Source: an uncultured Pelagibacteraceae bacterium (GTDB lineage Bacteria; Pseudomonadota; Alphaproteobacteria; Pelagibacterales; Pelagibacteraceae). From it: a stretch of DNA of 64,000 nucleotides. How positions within the stretch are numbered: the first letter of the stretch is position 1; every line of letters begins with the position of its first letter. Below the pieces are notes generated by a model that ran no database searches, was not told the origin of the DNA, and saw only the letters and a list, made by a program, of their open reading frames with translations. Positions 25,592-36,987 of this stretch are shown piece by piece. The DNA is taken from assembly GCA_902578115.1 (NCBI GenBank), contig CACHBR010000002.1, forward strand, positions 59,863 through 123,862, in the 5' to 3' direction. The position numbers were made by a program, and so were the translations under genes.

Positions 25592-27064
25592 TTATGTTCT
25601 CCAGAAAGACGGTAAAAACAACACTAAAACTGCAAAAATTTCTAATCTTCCTAACAACATCGCAAAAGATAATATCCATTTTGAAATTTCAGAAACTTGA
25701 CTAAAATTACCGTTTGGACCAATCATTTCACCTAAACCAGGACCAACATTTGATATTGCAGTAGCAGCTCCTGATATAGCTGATAAAAAATCTAATCCTG
25801 AAATTGATAGTAAAATTGAAATTATTAAAAATATAAATAGATATGAAAAAATAAAAACCACAACAGAGTTTATAAAACCATCCTCTATTTTTTGCTTATT
25901 GTAATTGACTAAAAAAATACTATTAGGATAAATCAACTTTTTAATTTGAGTTTTTAAAAATATAAAAAGTATCTGTAATCTAAATATTTTAATTCCACAT
26001 GTGGTAGAACCAGCACAACCGCCGATAAACATTAAAAATAAAAAAAATATTAATGGAAATTTACCCCATAATCCAAAATCATCGGTGACGTATCCAGTCC
26101 CAGATAAAATAGATAAAACATTAAAAGAGGAAATTCTCAAATTATCTAAAAAAGATAATTCACTATTATTTAAAAATAAATATAAAAACATTACAAAAAC
26201 AGATACTATCAATAAATAAATAAAACCTTTAACTTGAACATCCTGTAAAAAAATTCTTTTATTACCTTTAATAAATTTAAGGTAAGCAATAAACGGTATA
26301 CTACCTAAAATTATAAAAATTGTTGCTGTAATCTCAATACCTGGGCTATTAAAGTAGCCGATTGAATCATTGTGAGTTGAAAAACCTCCAGTAGCCAAAG
26401 TCGTAAATGAATGTGCAATACTATCAAATATACTCATTCCTTGTGCCCAATAAAAAAATGCACATGCAATGGTTAGTGATGAATAAATTGTAATTATCAA
26501 AGTTGAGATCTCAACTGTTTTTGGTAAAATTTTTTCAGTTCCAGATGTGTCTAATTGAAATAGTTGCATGCCACCAACTTTTAAAAGAGGCAAAACTGTA
26601 GTAGCCATAACTATAATACCTATGCCTCCAAGCCATTGCATAATAGCTCTCCAAAGTAAAATGCTTTTAGGTGATGTATCTAAATCAAGTATCACAGTTG
26701 AACCTGTAGTAGTTATACCTGACATACTCTCAAAAAAAGACTCACTAAAAGAAAGATTTAAACTCGAAAGCATGAAAGGAATACTTCCAAAAAGAGCAAT
26801 ACTAATCCATGCCAGCGATGAGAATAGAAACGCTTGCTTAAGGTTTAGCTGTTTCTCTTTTGTCAAACTGGTAAGTACAGTTAAAATTCCAATTATGATA
26901 GTGATTATTGCAGATGAAAAAAAACTACTACTCTTTTCGTTGTATATAAGTTGTATAGCATAAGGCGCCAGCATAAATATGCCTAGTATGATCAACAGAA
27001 TACCAATAATAAAAAAAACAGTTTTATTAGATGCCATAAAATCTGGACAATATTTAAATAGCAA
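25592..27064 (-). CDS. trkH: Trk/Ktr-type potassium uptake protein, membrane subunit
   Basis: 490 aa polytopic protein. It has the repeated M1-P-M2 units with selectivity-loop glycines (TTTGST, ATGGFS, LSGTGY, ISNVGPG). Confidence 0.9.
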   Translation of the reverse strand: MLFKYCPDFMASNKTVFFIIGILLIILGIFMLAPYAIQLIYNEKSSSFFSSAIITIIIGILTVLTSLTKEKQLNLKQAFLFSSLAWISIALFGSIPFMLSSLNLSFSESFFESMSGITTTGSTVILDLDTSPKSILLWRAIMQWLGGIGIIVMATTVLPLLKVGGMQLFQLDTSGTEKILPKTVEISTLIITIYSSLTIACAFFYWAQGMSIFDSIAHSFTTLATGGFSTHNDSIGYFNSPGIEITATIFIILGSIPFIAYLKFIKGNKRIFLQDVQVKGFIYLLIVSVFVMFLYLFLNNSELSFLDNLRISSFNVLSILSGTGYVTDDFGLWGKFPLIFFLFLMFIGGCAGSTTCGIKIFRLQILFIFLKTQIKKLIYPNSIFLVNYNKQKIEDGFINSVVVFIFSYLFIFLIISILLSISGLDFLSAISGAATAISNVGPGLGEMIGPNGNFSQVSEISKWILSFAMLLGRLEIFAVLVLFLPSFWRT

Positions 27065-27093
27065 TAAAATTCAACTTATTATAAACCTAAGTA

Positions 27094-28659
27094 ATGCTTG
27101 AATCTGAACTACTTAAATCAACATCTTCTTGGCCATTTGTCGAAATTCGAAAACTTTTAAAAGATCGAGACAGTATAATAAAGAAAAAAAATAAAATTAT
27201 TTTTCAAACAGGATATGGTCCAAGTGGTCTTCCACATATAGGGACTTTCGGGGAAGTATCACGAACTTCAATGATGATCAATGCCTTAAAGCATATTAAA
27301 AAAATTGAAACAGAATTAATAACTTTCTCAGATGACATGGACGGTTTAAGAAAAGTTCCTGAGAACATACCAAATGATAAAATTTTACATGATAATTTAG
27401 GAAAACCATTGACTGATATTCCTGACCCTTTTAAAAAATTTAAAAGTTTTGGTGAACACAACAATAAAATGCTAATAGAATTCCTTAAAAAATTTAATTT
27501 CACTTTTTCTTTTAAAAGTTCAACACAAAATTATAAAAATGGTACTTTTAACAACTCAATAATAAGAGTTTTAGAAAAATTTGATGATATCATGAATATT
27601 ATTTTGCCTACATTAAGAAGTGAAAGAAGAAAAACATATTGCCCATTTTTACCAATATGTCCAGAAACTGGAAAAGTATTAGAAATACCAGTAATCGAAA
27701 TTGATAAGAAAAAAAACACATTAGTCTTTGATAATAATGGAAAAAAAATTGAAACAGAAATATTGAATGGCAAATGTAAATTACAATGGAAGGTAGATTG
27801 GGCTATGAGGTGGTTTGCATTTGATGTAGATTTTGAAATGTACGGTAAAGATCTAATAGAGAGCGCGATAATATCTAGTAAAATTTGCAAGGTAATGGGC
27901 AAACAACCACCTAATGGTTTTGCTTACGAGTTATTTTTAGATGAAAAAGGAGAAAAAATTTCGAAATCAAAAGGTAATGGAATAACTATTGAACAGTGGC
28001 TAAGGTATGCTTCTCCTGAAAGCTTATCACTTTATATGTATCAAAATCCAAAAAGAGCAAAAAAACTTTACCCAGATGTAGTTCCTAAAGCTGTTGATGA
28101 ATATCTTTCTTTGATTGAAAAATATGAAAACCAAAAAGAAAAAGAAAAACTTTTAAATCCAGTATGGCATATTCATAATGGTTCCCCTCCTAACGAAAAA
28201 ACAGTTATGCCATTTTCAATGTTATTGAATATCGTTGGATCAAGTAATGCAAAAACCAAAGAAGTATTATGGAAATTTATTAAAAAATTTCATAGTGAAC
28301 TTGACCCAAAAAATCATAAAATTTTAGACGAACTTACAAATTATGCTATCAATTACTTTATAGACGAGGTTGAACCAAAGAAAAAATATAAAAAACCAAA
28401 CGACTCTGAACAAAAAGCTTTAAAAAATTTGATATCAGTTTTAAAGCAAGTATCTCAAGATACCCCAGCAGAAGAAATACAAACAAAGATTTACACTGCA
28501 GGAAAAGAAAATGGTTATAGTAAAAATTTAAGAGATTGGTTCAAATTAATATATCAGGTCTGTTTTGGAGAGGAAAACGGTCCAAGAATGGGTTTTTTTA
28601 TCAGCTTTTTTGGGGTCAAAGAGACAATTGATTTAATGGAAAAAAAGTTGAAAATATAA
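27094..28659 (+). CDS. lysK: Lysyl-tRNA synthetase, class I
   Basis: 521 aa. The HIGH motif appears as PHIGTF, and KMSKS as KISKSKG. The class I LysRS architecture is typical of alphaproteobacteria. Confidence 0.9.
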   Translation: MLESELLKSTSSWPFVEIRKLLKDRDSIIKKKNKIIFQTGYGPSGLPHIGTFGEVSRTSMMINALKHIKKIETELITFSDDMDGLRKVPENIPNDKILHDNLGKPLTDIPDPFKKFKSFGEHNNKMLIEFLKKFNFTFSFKSSTQNYKNGTFNNSIIRVLEKFDDIMNIILPTLRSERRKTYCPFLPICPETGKVLEIPVIEIDKKKNTLVFDNNGKKIETEILNGKCKLQWKVDWAMRWFAFDVDFEMYGKDLIESAIISSKICKVMGKQPPNGFAYELFLDEKGEKISKSKGNGITIEQWLRYASPESLSLYMYQNPKRAKKLYPDVVPKAVDEYLSLIEKYENQKEKEKLLNPVWHIHNGSPPNEKTVMPFSMLLNIVGSSNAKTKEVLWKFIKKFHSELDPKNHKILDELTNYAINYFIDEVEPKKKYKKPNDSEQKALKNLISVLKQVSQDTPAEEIQTKIYTAGKENGYSKNLRDWFKLIYQVCFGEENGPRMGFFISFFGVKETIDLMEKKLKI

Positions 28660-28664
28660 TTTTA

Positions 28665-29714
28665 ATGTTTTCTTTTATAAGACCTTTTATATTTAATCTA
28701 GATCCAGAAAAAGCACATGATTTAGCAATTAAATCGCTTAAATACAATTTTTTACCAAGCAGTTTATTTTCAGTTCAGGGTGAAGAAATTTTAAATACAA
28801 GTCTTTTCGGAAAAGAAATTAGTAATCCAATTGGGCTAGCGGCAGGTTTTGATAAAAGTGCAGAGGTTTATAATGAGATATTTAAAATCGGTTTTGGATT
28901 TGTTGAGATTGGAACTGTAACTCCAAAACAACAGTTTGGAAATGAAAAACCGCGCGTCTTTAGATTAGAAAAAGATAAGGCACTTATAAATAGACTTGGG
29001 TTTAACAATGATGGATCTGATGTGATTAGAAAGAGAATAGAAGCTAATATTCCTTCAAGCCTTTTAGGAATTAACATAGGACCTAATAAAGACACAGACA
29101 ATATGACTGATGATTTTTTGAAATGTGCTGAAATTTTTTTTCCAATTGGCGATTACATAACAATAAACATTTCCTCACCTAACACCAAAGGTCTTAGAGA
29201 TTTTCATAATAAAGATGATTTAAAAAATCTACTTTCAAAAATCAATGAGATAAGAGAAAAAAGTAATTTTAAAAAGTCTTTTTTATTAAAGATATCACCT
29301 GATTTGGAAGACTCTCAAATCTCAGGGATAGTAAATTTAATTTTGGAATATAAAATTGATGGTATTATTTTGACAAATACCACAAATAAAAATAGAGAAA
29401 GTTTGATTGATGTAAATAGTAAGGAGGACGGCGGATTGTCTGGAAAGCCTATTAAGGAACTATCAACTGAATTCGTCAAAAAATTTTATAAAGAGCTAAA
29501 TGGAAAAATACCAATTATCGGTGTTGGAGGGGTTGACTCAGGAGAATCTGCCTTTGAAAAAATTGCTGCAGGCGCATCAGCAGTTCAATTATATACAGGT
29601 CTAATTTATAAAGGTCCTAATATTGTGAAAGAGATCAAAAAAGATTTAATTCAAATTTTGAAAAACAAAGGTTTCACTAATATTAATGAGGCTGTAGGTT
29701 CTTCTTTAAATTAA
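28665..29714 (+). CDS. pyrD: Dihydroorotate dehydrogenase (quinone), class 2
   Basis: 349 aa. Motifs are GLAAGFDK, NRLGFNNDG, NISSPNTKGLR, GLSG and GVGGV. Confidence 0.93.
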   Translation: MFSFIRPFIFNLDPEKAHDLAIKSLKYNFLPSSLFSVQGEEILNTSLFGKEISNPIGLAAGFDKSAEVYNEIFKIGFGFVEIGTVTPKQQFGNEKPRVFRLEKDKALINRLGFNNDGSDVIRKRIEANIPSSLLGINIGPNKDTDNMTDDFLKCAEIFFPIGDYITINISSPNTKGLRDFHNKDDLKNLLSKINEIREKSNFKKSFLLKISPDLEDSQISGIVNLILEYKIDGIILTNTTNKNRESLIDVNSKEDGGLSGKPIKELSTEFVKKFYKELNGKIPIIGVGGVDSGESAFEKIAAGASAVQLYTGLIYKGPNIVKEIKKDLIQILKNKGFTNINEAVGSSLN

Positions 29715-30836
29715 TTATTTAAAAAAATTATATTTTTTTTTATCGAGATCGAATTTAATATAGTGGAAGAGTTCTCTCGCATAAGAAAATGAAATTCCTA
29801 TTAGCACAACAATAATGATCGATAAGAAACCATATGCTATAGGATTATTTGTTGAAAGAGATAAAATTACTTCAGAAAGTTTGTTATCTATTTCACCAGT
29901 TTTATTAGTAGCAAACAAACTTGATCCCTTTTCAATTACAAAAGTTTCTATTCCCATAATAACACCAACAGCAAGAAGTAAAATTGCTAATAAAGTTTTA
30001 TACTCAGAGGCATTTAATTTTTGAGAAATTTTAAGACCAATATGTAAACCAATTATAGAACCGGTAAGTAAAATAAAAACTAATATGAAGTCTATAGTTT
30101 GAAATTTAAGAGCGTGCACAATAACAACTAAACCTGTAATAAAAATTGTTACAAACAAAGATGTGCCTGGAACCAACTTTGTTGGAACCCCAATAATATA
30201 AATCATTGCTGGAACCATTAAAAAAGCTCCACCTACTCCCATAATTGATGCAAATATTCCAACAATAAATCCTAACATTATTGGAACTATCGCACTTTCA
30301 TAAAGTCTGGATTTATGAAATTTCATTCTAAATGGGAGACCATGTATCCAATAGTGATCGTGAGCTTTCTTTCTTACAACAGTCTTTTTTCTTAGATCTG
30401 CTAATTCTTTATAACCTTTAGCAAACATTAATGTACCAATTACAACCAAAACATAAATATAAGCTAATGTAATACTTACATTAATAACTCCTTTTTCTCT
30501 TAGGTAAGCAAAGATTAACATTCCAACACCAGTACCAACTACTCCTCCAGCAACAATTGTTATTCCCATTTTGTAATCAAGGGTTTTTCTAAACCAGTGG
30601 TGAAGGGCACCAGATACTGACGTGCCTAGTATATTGTTAGCTTCATTAGCTACAGCATAAGTTGGAGGGATCCCTAGAAAAATTAAAACTGGTGTCATGA
30701 GAAAACCACCTCCGATACCAAAAAGACCAGATATAATACCGACTAAAAAGCTAAGCAATAGAATTACTATTATACTTACTTGAACTTGTGCTACAGGTAG
30801 GAAAAAATCCATTAAGTTTATTATTCTTTGGTACAA
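29715..30836 (-). CDS. TauE/SafE (DUF81) family anion exporter-like membrane protein
   Basis: 373 aa. It has two halves of glycine-rich TM helices (GIGGGFLMTPVL; GVGGAFLMVPAM) separated by a basic loop. Confidence 0.75.
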   Translation of the reverse strand: MYQRIINLMDFFLPVAQVQVSIIVILLLSFLVGIISGLFGIGGGFLMTPVLIFLGIPPTYAVANEANNILGTSVSGALHHWFRKTLDYKMGITIVAGGVVGTGVGMLIFAYLREKGVINVSITLAYIYVLVVIGTLMFAKGYKELADLRKKTVVRKKAHDHYWIHGLPFRMKFHKSRLYESAIVPIMLGFIVGIFASIMGVGGAFLMVPAMIYIIGVPTKLVPGTSLFVTIFITGLVVIVHALKFQTIDFILVFILLTGSIIGLHIGLKISQKLNASEYKTLLAILLLAVGVIMGIETFVIEKGSSLFATNKTGEIDNKLSEVILSLSTNNPIAYGFLSIIIVVLIGISFSYARELFHYIKFDLDKKKYNFFK

Positions 30837-30905
30837 ACATTGTCAATAGACATATATTTACTTGATAAAACGTTCATGTCGAATTATATACCAAATGTAT
30901 AATTT

Positions 30906-31187
30906 ATGAGTAATAAATGTGAACTCACTGGAAAAGGACCTCTTAAAGGGCATAACGTTAGCCATGCTAACAATAAAACCAAAAGGAAATTTAATCCTAG
31001 CGTAAAAAAAATAAGATTCAAAAGTGATATTTTAAAAAAGAATATTACTCTTAAGGTTTCAAATGCTGCACTTAGAACAGTAGATTTCAAAGGTGGAATT
31101 GATAAATTTCTTACATCTGCAAAGGCTTATAAACTCTCAAAAAGAGCAAAAAAACTGAGAAATAAAATTGTATTAAAAGCAGTTTAA
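30906..31187 (+). CDS. rpmB: 50S ribosomal protein L28
   Basis: 93 aa. The sequence begins MSNKCELTGKGPLKGHNVSHANNKTKRKFNPS. Confidence 0.93.
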   Translation: MSNKCELTGKGPLKGHNVSHANNKTKRKFNPSVKKIRFKSDILKKNITLKVSNAALRTVDFKGGIDKFLTSAKAYKLSKRAKKLRNKIVLKAV

Positions 31188-31193
31188 TAAATT

Positions 31194-31775
31194 ATGCTCA
31201 GATCTAAATTTTTTTATACTTTAGCTACTTGTATGGCTGGTATAGTAGCTATTTCTAATTTTTTAGTTCAATTTCCTGTTAATTATCTTGGACTAGAAAA
31301 TATTTTAACCTACGCAGCGTTTACATATCCAATTACGTTTTTAATAACAGACCTTGCTAATAGAAAATATGGAAAACTAATTGCAAGACGAGTCGTCTAT
31401 TTTGGTTTTTTTATAGGTATTATATTAACCTTATATTTTTCTACAAATTTTGAAGACCTTATTTCAATTAGAATTGCAATAGGATCTGGTACTGCATTTC
31501 TAGTCGCTCAATTGTTGGATGTAAGAGTTTTTGACTTATTAAGAAAAAAAATGTGGTTTATAGCCCCCTTGTCTTCATCCTTATTGGGATCATTAATTGA
31601 TACATTCTTATTCTTTTCTATATCTTTTTATAATACGGATGTTCCGTGGATTACTTTAGCTATGGGAGATTTTATCGTAAAAGTTTTAATATCTTTAATA
31701 ATGCTTATACCTTTTAGGCTTCTATTAAATAAAACTATTCCAGATGACATCAACTTACCTGGAAAACTTTATTAG
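31194..31775 (+). CDS. Queuosine-precursor transporter (YhhQ/DUF165, VUT family)
   Basis: 193 aa with 6 TM segments. It contains [23 protein letters not shown] and [14 protein letters not shown]. Confidence 0.8.
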   Translation: MLRSKFFYTLATCMAGIVAISNFLVQFPVNYLGLENILTYAAFTYPITFLITDLANRKYGKLIARRVVYFGFFIGIILTLYFSTNFEDLISIRIAIGSGTAFLVAQLLDVRVFDLLRKKMWFIAPLSSSLLGSLIDTFLFFSISFYNTDVPWITLAMGDFIVKVLISLIMLIPFRLLLNKTIPDDINLPGKLY

Positions 31776-33550
31776 TGAATAACTTTTTTACTAGAGAACA
31801 AATCTGTTAATTGATTTATCATTGCATCACCAAGATCATGAACATCAGTTATTTTTATAGCTTTGTTATAATAACGAGTTACATCATGGCCTATTCCGAT
31901 TGCTAATAATTCAATAGATGAAAGTTTTTCAATTGCATTTACTGTATTTTTTAAATCAATTTCAAGATAATCGTTGGCATTAGTTGATAAAGTTGAGTCG
32001 TCAACTGGTGCTCCATCCGATATAACCATTAATATTTTTCTCTCTTCTTTTCGTTTCTTCATTTTATTAAAAGTCCACCTCAAAGCTTCGCCATCGATAT
32101 TTTCTTTTAACAACCCCTCCTTGAGCATTAAACCAATATTATTCTTTGATTGACGCCAAGGTGTATCTGCGGATTTATAAACTATATGCCTAAGATCATT
32201 TAATCTTCCTGGAAATTTTGGTTTCTCATTGCTTATCCATTTTTCTCTGCTCGAACCACCTTTCCAATGTTTTGTTGTAAAACCTAAAACCTCAACCTTT
32301 ACTGAGCATCTCTCTAAAGTCCTTGATAGTATGTCTGCGCATACAGCTGCTACTGAAATAGGTTTTCCTCTCATAGAGCCAGAGTTGTCTATTAATATTG
32401 TTACAAGTGTATCCTTAAAGTCGGTTTCTTTTTCTTTTTTAAAAGATAATGAATTTAATGGATCTATAATCAATCTTGTAAGTTTTGATGAGTCTAACAA
32501 GCCTTCCTCTAAATCAAAATCCCAAGATCTATTTTGTTTAGCCAAAAGTTTTCTTTGTAATTTATTTGCCAACTTTGATACAAAACTTTTCAGCTGTAAA
32601 AGTTGTTGATCTAGAGTCGATCGAAGTCTTTCTAACTCCTCTTTAGTTTCTAAATTCTCAGCTTTTATAACTTCATCAAATTGATCAGTATAAATTTTAT
32701 ATTTTCTTCCTTTTTCAGAAAATATTGATTTCGGCCTAATATTTGTCTTTTCTCCTGTCTCATCAATTTCCTCAATACTTTTTTCATCTTCACCTAATAA
32801 ATCTTTTGTATCTGGAGGTCTTGTATCAATAGAGAGCTCTTGTTCATTCTCCTTTTCAGCAATTTGTCCATCAGCCTTGTCTTTGGACTCTTGGCTTTCA
32901 GGATTTTTTACGTTTTTGTCACTTTCTTCCCTATCTTCAGTAAATTCTTTATCGTCGATATTTAATTCTGATATTATCTCAGAAATCATCTCATTAAATT
33001 TACCCTGATCATTTAAATTATCTTTAAGAAAATTAAGATTTTGATTGAATTTTTTGGCAAAATTTACTCTAGATTTTTTTGGCTCTTTTATATTAAAAAA
33101 GAAACTTTTAAGATAATTGTCAAAAGACTCCTCAAGTTTATTCTTATTTGACTTTAATTTTAATTGATTTTCTTTGTATTGAATAAATAAGTTTTTTTTA
33201 ACCCCTGCAAAATCTTCGCTTCCTATTTTCTCATATCTTATCTTTTCAGCAATTTGATAAAGTTTTTGAGACATTTCTCCTTTTGGCTTGTAACGCTCAA
33301 AAATATCTTTATCACTATACTTAAGTCTTAAAGCCTCAGAGTCCGCTTTTGCTCTAAATAATAAAAAGTCATTTAAATTCTCCAGTTTATTTATTTCAGG
33401 TAAATTTATAAATTTATCACTACTTGTTTGATTTGTAGATTTACCAAATTTTACCTCACAGTTTTTCTTTTTGGAAATTGATTTAACAGTTGAAATTATT
33501 GCACTTTTAAAAAACTCTAAACGACTTTCTTTTTTTTGCATTTCAAACAA
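31772..33550 (-). CDS. cobT: CobT-like protein (acidic middle region plus C-terminal vWA domain)
   Basis: 592 aa. The vWA MIDAS motif reads [12 protein letters not shown], and a highly acidic E/D/K-rich central segment is present. It overlaps the cobS-like gene by 8 nt. Confidence 0.85.
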   Translation of the reverse strand: MFEMQKKESRLEFFKSAIISTVKSISKKKNCEVKFGKSTNQTSSDKFINLPEINKLENLNDFLLFRAKADSEALRLKYSDKDIFERYKPKGEMSQKLYQIAEKIRYEKIGSEDFAGVKKNLFIQYKENQLKLKSNKNKLEESFDNYLKSFFFNIKEPKKSRVNFAKKFNQNLNFLKDNLNDQGKFNEMISEIISELNIDDKEFTEDREESDKNVKNPESQESKDKADGQIAEKENEQELSIDTRPPDTKDLLGEDEKSIEEIDETGEKTNIRPKSIFSEKGRKYKIYTDQFDEVIKAENLETKEELERLRSTLDQQLLQLKSFVSKLANKLQRKLLAKQNRSWDFDLEEGLLDSSKLTRLIIDPLNSLSFKKEKETDFKDTLVTILIDNSGSMRGKPISVAAVCADILSRTLERCSVKVEVLGFTTKHWKGGSSREKWISNEKPKFPGRLNDLRHIVYKSADTPWRQSKNNIGLMLKEGLLKENIDGEALRWTFNKMKKRKEERKILMVISDGAPVDDSTLSTNANDYLEIDLKNTVNAIEKLSSIELLAIGIGHDVTRYYNKAIKITDVHDLGDAMINQLTDLFSSKKVIH

Positions 33551-34517
33551 TTTTAACGTTCACAGAGGATTCTGGGAGGTCCTCGCCGAAACATCTTTGA
33601 TAATACTCGGCAACAATTTTTCTTTCTAACTCATCACATTTATTCAAAAAAGTCACTCTGAACGCGTATCCAATATCTTTAAATATTTCTGAATTTTCCG
33701 CCCAATGAAGGACTGTTCTGGGACTCATTACAGTGGATATGTCGCCATTAACAAAACCGTTTCTAGTTAAATCAGCTACCTTTATCATTTTGAGAACTTT
33801 CTCTTTACCCTTCGAATTATTAAGAGCTTTATTTTTTGCTAAAATTATCTCTAATTCTTTTTCTGTTTTAAGATAGTTTAATGTAGTAACAATATTCCAA
33901 CGATCCATTTGGCCCTGATTAATTTGTTGGGTTCCATGATAAAGACCCGTAGTATCCCCTAGGCCAACTGTATTTGTTGTTGCAAACATTCTAAAAAATT
34001 TGTTTTGATTAATAACTTTATTTTTATCTAAAAGCGTAAGTTTTCCATCGCTTTCCAAAATTCTCTGTATGACGAACATTACGTCAGGTCTGCCAGCATC
34101 ATATTCATCAAAAACTAAAGCAACAGGATTTTGCACAGACCAAGGCAGAACTCCTTCTTTAAATTCTGTAATTTGTTTTCCGTCTTTAATTACAATTGCA
34201 TCTTTACCAATTAAATCTATTCTACTTATATGACTATCAAGGTTTACTCTTACGCATGGCCAATTTAATCTTGATGCTACTTGCTCTATGTGTGTAGATT
34301 TTCCTGTACCATGATAACCTTGTATTAAAACTCGTTTATTAAATGCAAAACCCGATAGTATAGCTAGAGTTGTATCTCTATCGAATTTATAATTTTCATC
34401 TATTTCAGGCACATAAGGATTTTTTTCTGAAAAACTATCGACTTCCATTTCAGTATCTATTCCAAATGTTTGCCTTACAGAAATTTTTATGTCTGGTTTT
34501 TTATTTTCTAAGTTCAT
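33543..34517 (-). CDS. cobS: CobS-like AAA+ ATPase (MoxR-related)
   Basis: 324 aa. Walker A is GYHGTGKST and Walker B is [13 protein letters not shown]. The length and order are typical of cobS-cobT pairs. Confidence 0.88.
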   Translation of the reverse strand: MNLENKKPDIKISVRQTFGIDTEMEVDSFSEKNPYVPEIDENYKFDRDTTLAILSGFAFNKRVLIQGYHGTGKSTHIEQVASRLNWPCVRVNLDSHISRIDLIGKDAIVIKDGKQITEFKEGVLPWSVQNPVALVFDEYDAGRPDVMFVIQRILESDGKLTLLDKNKVINQNKFFRMFATTNTVGLGDTTGLYHGTQQINQGQMDRWNIVTTLNYLKTEKELEIILAKNKALNNSKGKEKVLKMIKVADLTRNGFVNGDISTVMSPRTVLHWAENSEIFKDIGYAFRVTFLNKCDELERKIVAEYYQRCFGEDLPESSVNVKIV

Positions 34518-35026
34518 TTATTCATGCTCGTTCTAAGTTGGCTATATGCCAAAGTAATTTTTTTTAAAATATCCTCATATTTTTTACTTCCACGGTTTTT
34601 ATCAGGATGGTACTTCTTTACAAGTATTTTAAATTTTTTTTGAATATCAGACCAATTTGTATCACTTTTTAGGCCTAAAATTTTAAGGGCTTCTTTATCT
34701 TTAACTGTCAAATTGGATTTTTCAAACTTCCTAGAGTCAGAATTTCTAAAAATTCCAGTCTTGTCGTCCAAAGCGTTAAGCCACAATATCCTAAAAAAGT
34801 TTTCGGATGATCCAAAACTTTTTGTAGGTTTATGCCATGTGAGGTCAGACTTTACGAAATTTTCAATTTCTTCATTATTCATATCAGAAAAATAGTTCCA
34901 GCTTTTATTGAACTCTTTGATATGTTCTAAACAAAGTAATCTAAATTTTTTACTGTTATCTTTTTCTATTGGAGCTTTATACATACCTATTTTGTTACAT
35001 TTACTCCAGTCACAAATATTTTTCAT
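34514..35026 (-). CDS. J-domain protein (C-terminal DnaJ domain, Cys-rich N-terminus)
   Basis: 170 aa. The C-terminal J domain reads [32 protein letters not shown] and carries HPD. The N-terminus reads [10 protein letters not shown]...LLCLEH. It overlaps cobS by ATGA-type coupling. Confidence 0.85.
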   Translation of the reverse strand: MKNICDWSKCNKIGMYKAPIEKDNSKKFRLLCLEHIKEFNKSWNYFSDMNNEEIENFVKSDLTWHKPTKSFGSSENFFRILWLNALDDKTGIFRNSDSRKFEKSNLTVKDKEALKILGLKSDTNWSDIQKKFKILVKKYHPDKNRGSKKYEDILKKITLAYSQLRTSMNK

Positions 35027-35061
35027 AATAAATTTTAATTATATAGTACAATGTTACTTTA

Positions 35062-35316
35062 ATGAAAAGTTTAATAGAAATAGTTAAAGAAAAAATTATT
35101 AAAGATATACCAGATTGTAATATCGATATTATTGATAATACACATCTACATAAACACCATAAATCATTTAATAAAAGCAAAACACATTTAAAAATAATTA
35201 TACAGTCTGAAATTCTTAAAAAATTAAAACGAATAGATTCACATAAAAAAATAACAGGTATTCTTAAAGATGAGATTGAAACAAAAATTCACTCCCTAGA
35301 AATTAAAATCTTATAA
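35062..35316 (+). CDS. BolA family protein
   Basis: 84 aa. The BolA pattern is D-N-T-H-L-H-K-H-H ... THLKIIIQS ... RIDSHKKI ... IHSLEIKI. Confidence 0.75.
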   Translation: MKSLIEIVKEKIIKDIPDCNIDIIDNTHLHKHHKSFNKSKTHLKIIIQSEILKKLKRIDSHKKITGILKDEIETKIHSLEIKIL

Positions 35317-36418
35317 TTTTTTTTAAAACGTTCTTCATCTCTTTAGGACTAAATCTATATTGACCTGGCTTTGTCGTTTTACCTATTCTTTTAAGAAGTA
35401 TTAGATTAATTTTTTTGTCATAATTTTTTTTATCAACTTCCATAAAGTTAACTATTTTATTTAAATTATTTTTATTTAAAAAGTTTAAAAACTTTTTAAG
35501 TAGTTTCTGATTTAAATAAAGTTTTTCTATTTTATCTAATGTTTGTTTAGAACAAACTTTTTTAATAAAAGAGAGTCTAGTTGCTAAAATCATTCCAATT
35601 AAAACAGCTTCCCCATGATTAATTTTTCCAGAGTACTTATTTGCCGCTTCAATCCCGTGAGCAAAGGTGTGTCCAAAATTTAGTATCATTCTTTCATTTT
35701 GCTCTTTTTCATCTTTATTTACAAAAGATAGTTTAATCTTACAACTTCTAAATATTATCTCTGCCAAAACATTAAAATTGAAGTTTTCAAAAATCTTATT
35801 TTTGTCCTTGTCTAATTTTTTAAAAAATTTACCATCTTTTATTATTGAATGTTTTAAAATTTCCGCAAAACCGCAGACTAAATTTCTCTTTGATAAACTT
35901 TTTAAAAGTGTTAAATCGCTTAAAACTAATTTTGGTTGATAGAACGTACCAATAAGATTTTTACCACCTACTGAATTAACAGCTGTTTTTCCTCCAATTG
36001 ATGAGTCAACTTGCGCCAAAAGTGTGGAGGGAATACTTATTAGATTAATTCCTCTTTTGTAAATACTTGCAACAAAACTTCCAAAATCACCTATTATTCC
36101 TCCACCTACAGTTATGATTGTATCATTTCTACTTAGATTATTTTTGATTAGACTTTCTAATAGACTATTTGCTTTTTTAAATGATTTTAATCTTTCATTA
36201 GGAAGAAATTCATAAACATAAACATTGTATTTTTTGAGTTGTTTTTTAATTTTTATCTTAAAATTGTTTGGAATATTTTTATCTAAAATTAATCCTACTT
36301 TTTTTGTCCGGGGGCACAACTTATTTAATTGTTTTTTTAATATTCCTAATGATCCTTTACCAATAATAATTGTATAGCGGGTATTTTTACTTTTCACATA
36401 AATTTTATTTATTTTCAT
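35303..36418 (-). CDS. aroB: 3-dehydroquinate synthase
   Basis: 371 aa. It contains GGGIIGDFGSFVA, SSIGGKTAVN, NFGHTFAH and HGEAVLIG. Confidence 0.9.
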   Translation of the reverse strand: MKINKIYVKSKNTRYTIIIGKGSLGILKKQLNKLCPRTKKVGLILDKNIPNNFKIKIKKQLKKYNVYVYEFLPNERLKSFKKANSLLESLIKNNLSRNDTIITVGGGIIGDFGSFVASIYKRGINLISIPSTLLAQVDSSIGGKTAVNSVGGKNLIGTFYQPKLVLSDLTLLKSLSKRNLVCGFAEILKHSIIKDGKFFKKLDKDKNKIFENFNFNVLAEIIFRSCKIKLSFVNKDEKEQNERMILNFGHTFAHGIEAANKYSGKINHGEAVLIGMILATRLSFIKKVCSKQTLDKIEKLYLNQKLLKKFLNFLNKNNLNKIVNFMEVDKKNYDKKINLILLKRIGKTTKPGQYRFSPKEMKNVLKKIIRF

Positions 36419-36914
36419 AAATATTATAAATTTCCTCTATTATTTGATTTTTATTTTTAGCATTACAATCTATCCTATAGTCAGAAAGTGAGTAAATTGT
36501 TTCTCTAGACTTACAAATTTTTTTAATTTCACTTTCTGAAGTATTATTATTCAATAGCGGCCTTTTCATGTTAACTTTAATTCTTTGAAAAATGACCTTC
36601 GAGTCTAGATCTAACCAAAATGAAATACCTTTTTTCCTTGATTCATCTCTAATTTTTTCATTCATAAAAGCTCCACCACCAAGAGCTATAACAATTTTTT
36701 TTTTATTAAAATAATTTATAGTTTCTTTTTCCTCTATATCTCTAAAAAATTTTTCACCTTTTTGCTTGAATACTTCACTTATGGATAATGAAAGTTTTTT
36801 TTCTATTATGGAGTCTATATCTATAAATTCCATATTAAGCTTGTAAGACAAATCTTTACCAATGGAAGATTTACCAACACCCATCATTCCAGTTAATATA
36901 AGGTTTTTTTTCAA
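36405..36914 (-). CDS. aroK: Shikimate kinase
   Basis: 169 aa. Walker A is GMMGVGKSSIGK, and the sequence continues FRDIEEKE...ALGGGAF. It overlaps aroB by 14 nt. Confidence 0.9.
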   Translation of the reverse strand: MKKNLILTGMMGVGKSSIGKDLSYKLNMEFIDIDSIIEKKLSLSISEVFKQKGEKFFRDIEEKETINYFNKKKIVIALGGGAFMNEKIRDESRKKGISFWLDLDSKVIFQRIKVNMKRPLLNNNTSESEIKKICKSRETIYSLSDYRIDCNAKNKNQIIEEIYNIYENK

Positions 36915-36987
36915 TTTATACCCAAATTTTAATTTGATTTATCACAAATTTGTCTTAATTTCCGAGTTTAAATATATTTTAACAACT

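Noticed and set aside
30884-31090. A 68-aa minus-strand ORF overlapping rpmB.
   Set aside because: It is antisense to a near-consensus L28 gene and is a shadow ORF.
36862-36987. The upstream part of track ORF 36862-37170, which would overlap the aroK start by about 50 nt on the opposite strand.
   Set aside because: This part is read antisense through the aroK Walker-A region. The first ATG clear of aroK (36988) gives a plausible small TM protein, so I reported only that shorter version, at low confidence.
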